A program made the translations under genes and the position numbers. A stretch of 64,000 nucleotides of DNA from Schmidtea nova (taxonomy: Eukaryota), in NCBI GenBank assembly GCA_044892505.1, contig CM097883.1, positions 267,530,001-267,594,000 on the forward strand, read 5' to 3'. This document shows, piece after piece, positions 63,455-64,000 of this stretch. The notes below the pieces were generated by a model. The model had not been told where the DNA came from. It saw nothing but the letters and a program-made list of their open reading frames with translations, and made no database searches. Within the stretch, counting starts at the first letter, position 1. Each line of letters starts with the position of its first letter.

Positions 63455-64000
63455 CACTATGATAGATTGCAAATAAAAGTTTGAATAAACTTAAAGAAAG
63501 TTTATTTAATAATGGTTATTCTAAACATTTTGTTGAGAATCTTACTAGGGATACTCTTACAAGGCAAATTTTTATAAAGAAACCTATAAATAATGAAGTA
63601 ACTGAAGATTTGGAAAAGTTGGGCATACCTAATAAATTTCTCATTTTGCCGTATTCAGAAGGTTGTAAAGATTTGAAAAGAAGTATCTGTTCTGTTACGA
63701 AAAGAATCCCGAAATTCAAAATAATTTTTAAATCATTCGCATTAAATAACTTGTTCAAGAATAAATCTGTTACACCGTCAGCCCTATGTTCGAATGTAGT
63801 TTATCAATTTAATTGTAATGGGTGTAATGCATCATGCATTGGAGAGACTGCCCGTCATCTCTGTACTCGCATTCGTGAACATTCTAGACCTAATGGTGTC
63901 AGTAATATTTGTGAGCATGTTAAAAAAATCTGTAAAAATACAATTATCGATGTTAAAGATTTTAAAATTGTGAATAGAAATTTTTCCAGTTACTGGGAAA
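63455..64000 (+). mobile_element. Penelope-like GIY-YIG region, near-identical inverted copy of ~60690-61215 (runs off window)
   Basis: Direct sequence comparison shows only a few mismatches. Confidence 0.88.

Overview
AT-rich, intron-containing animal DNA, most consistent with a triclad flatworm such as Schmidtea (inferred from composition, ~50-nt introns and the TE repertoire). Host genes are two head-to-tail polycystin-2 (PKD2/PKD2L1-like) genes on the minus strand with TE-filled introns, a damaged Bcl-2-family gene between them, and PSMD13 and actin pseudogene fragments. The main result is a minus-strand Ty3/gypsy LTR element at 1-~7.4 kb. After gag, one ORF of >=1683 codons, missed by the ORF track because it runs off the window, reads: ubiquitin-like domain, AT-hook, Bcl-2-like domain, internal signal peptide, chuvirus-like (class III) envelope glycoprotein, TM, protease, RT. 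So env and host-like domains lie between gag and pol, in frame with pol. A phase-matched GT..AG pair could splice this cassette out to give Gag-Pol. A second result is two TG..CA-bounded, 5-bp-TSD solo-LTR-like elements whose sequence encodes a decayed nuclear hormone receptor (zinc finger 2 plus LBD signature). Also present: two other gypsy elements, a recent CsRn1-like element, mariner/Tc1/hAT elements, Penelope-like elements with 5' inversions and hammerhead motifs, a NeSL/R2-type REL fragment, a palindromic repeat family and several N gaps. All homology calls are by-eye motif alignments; no database search was run.
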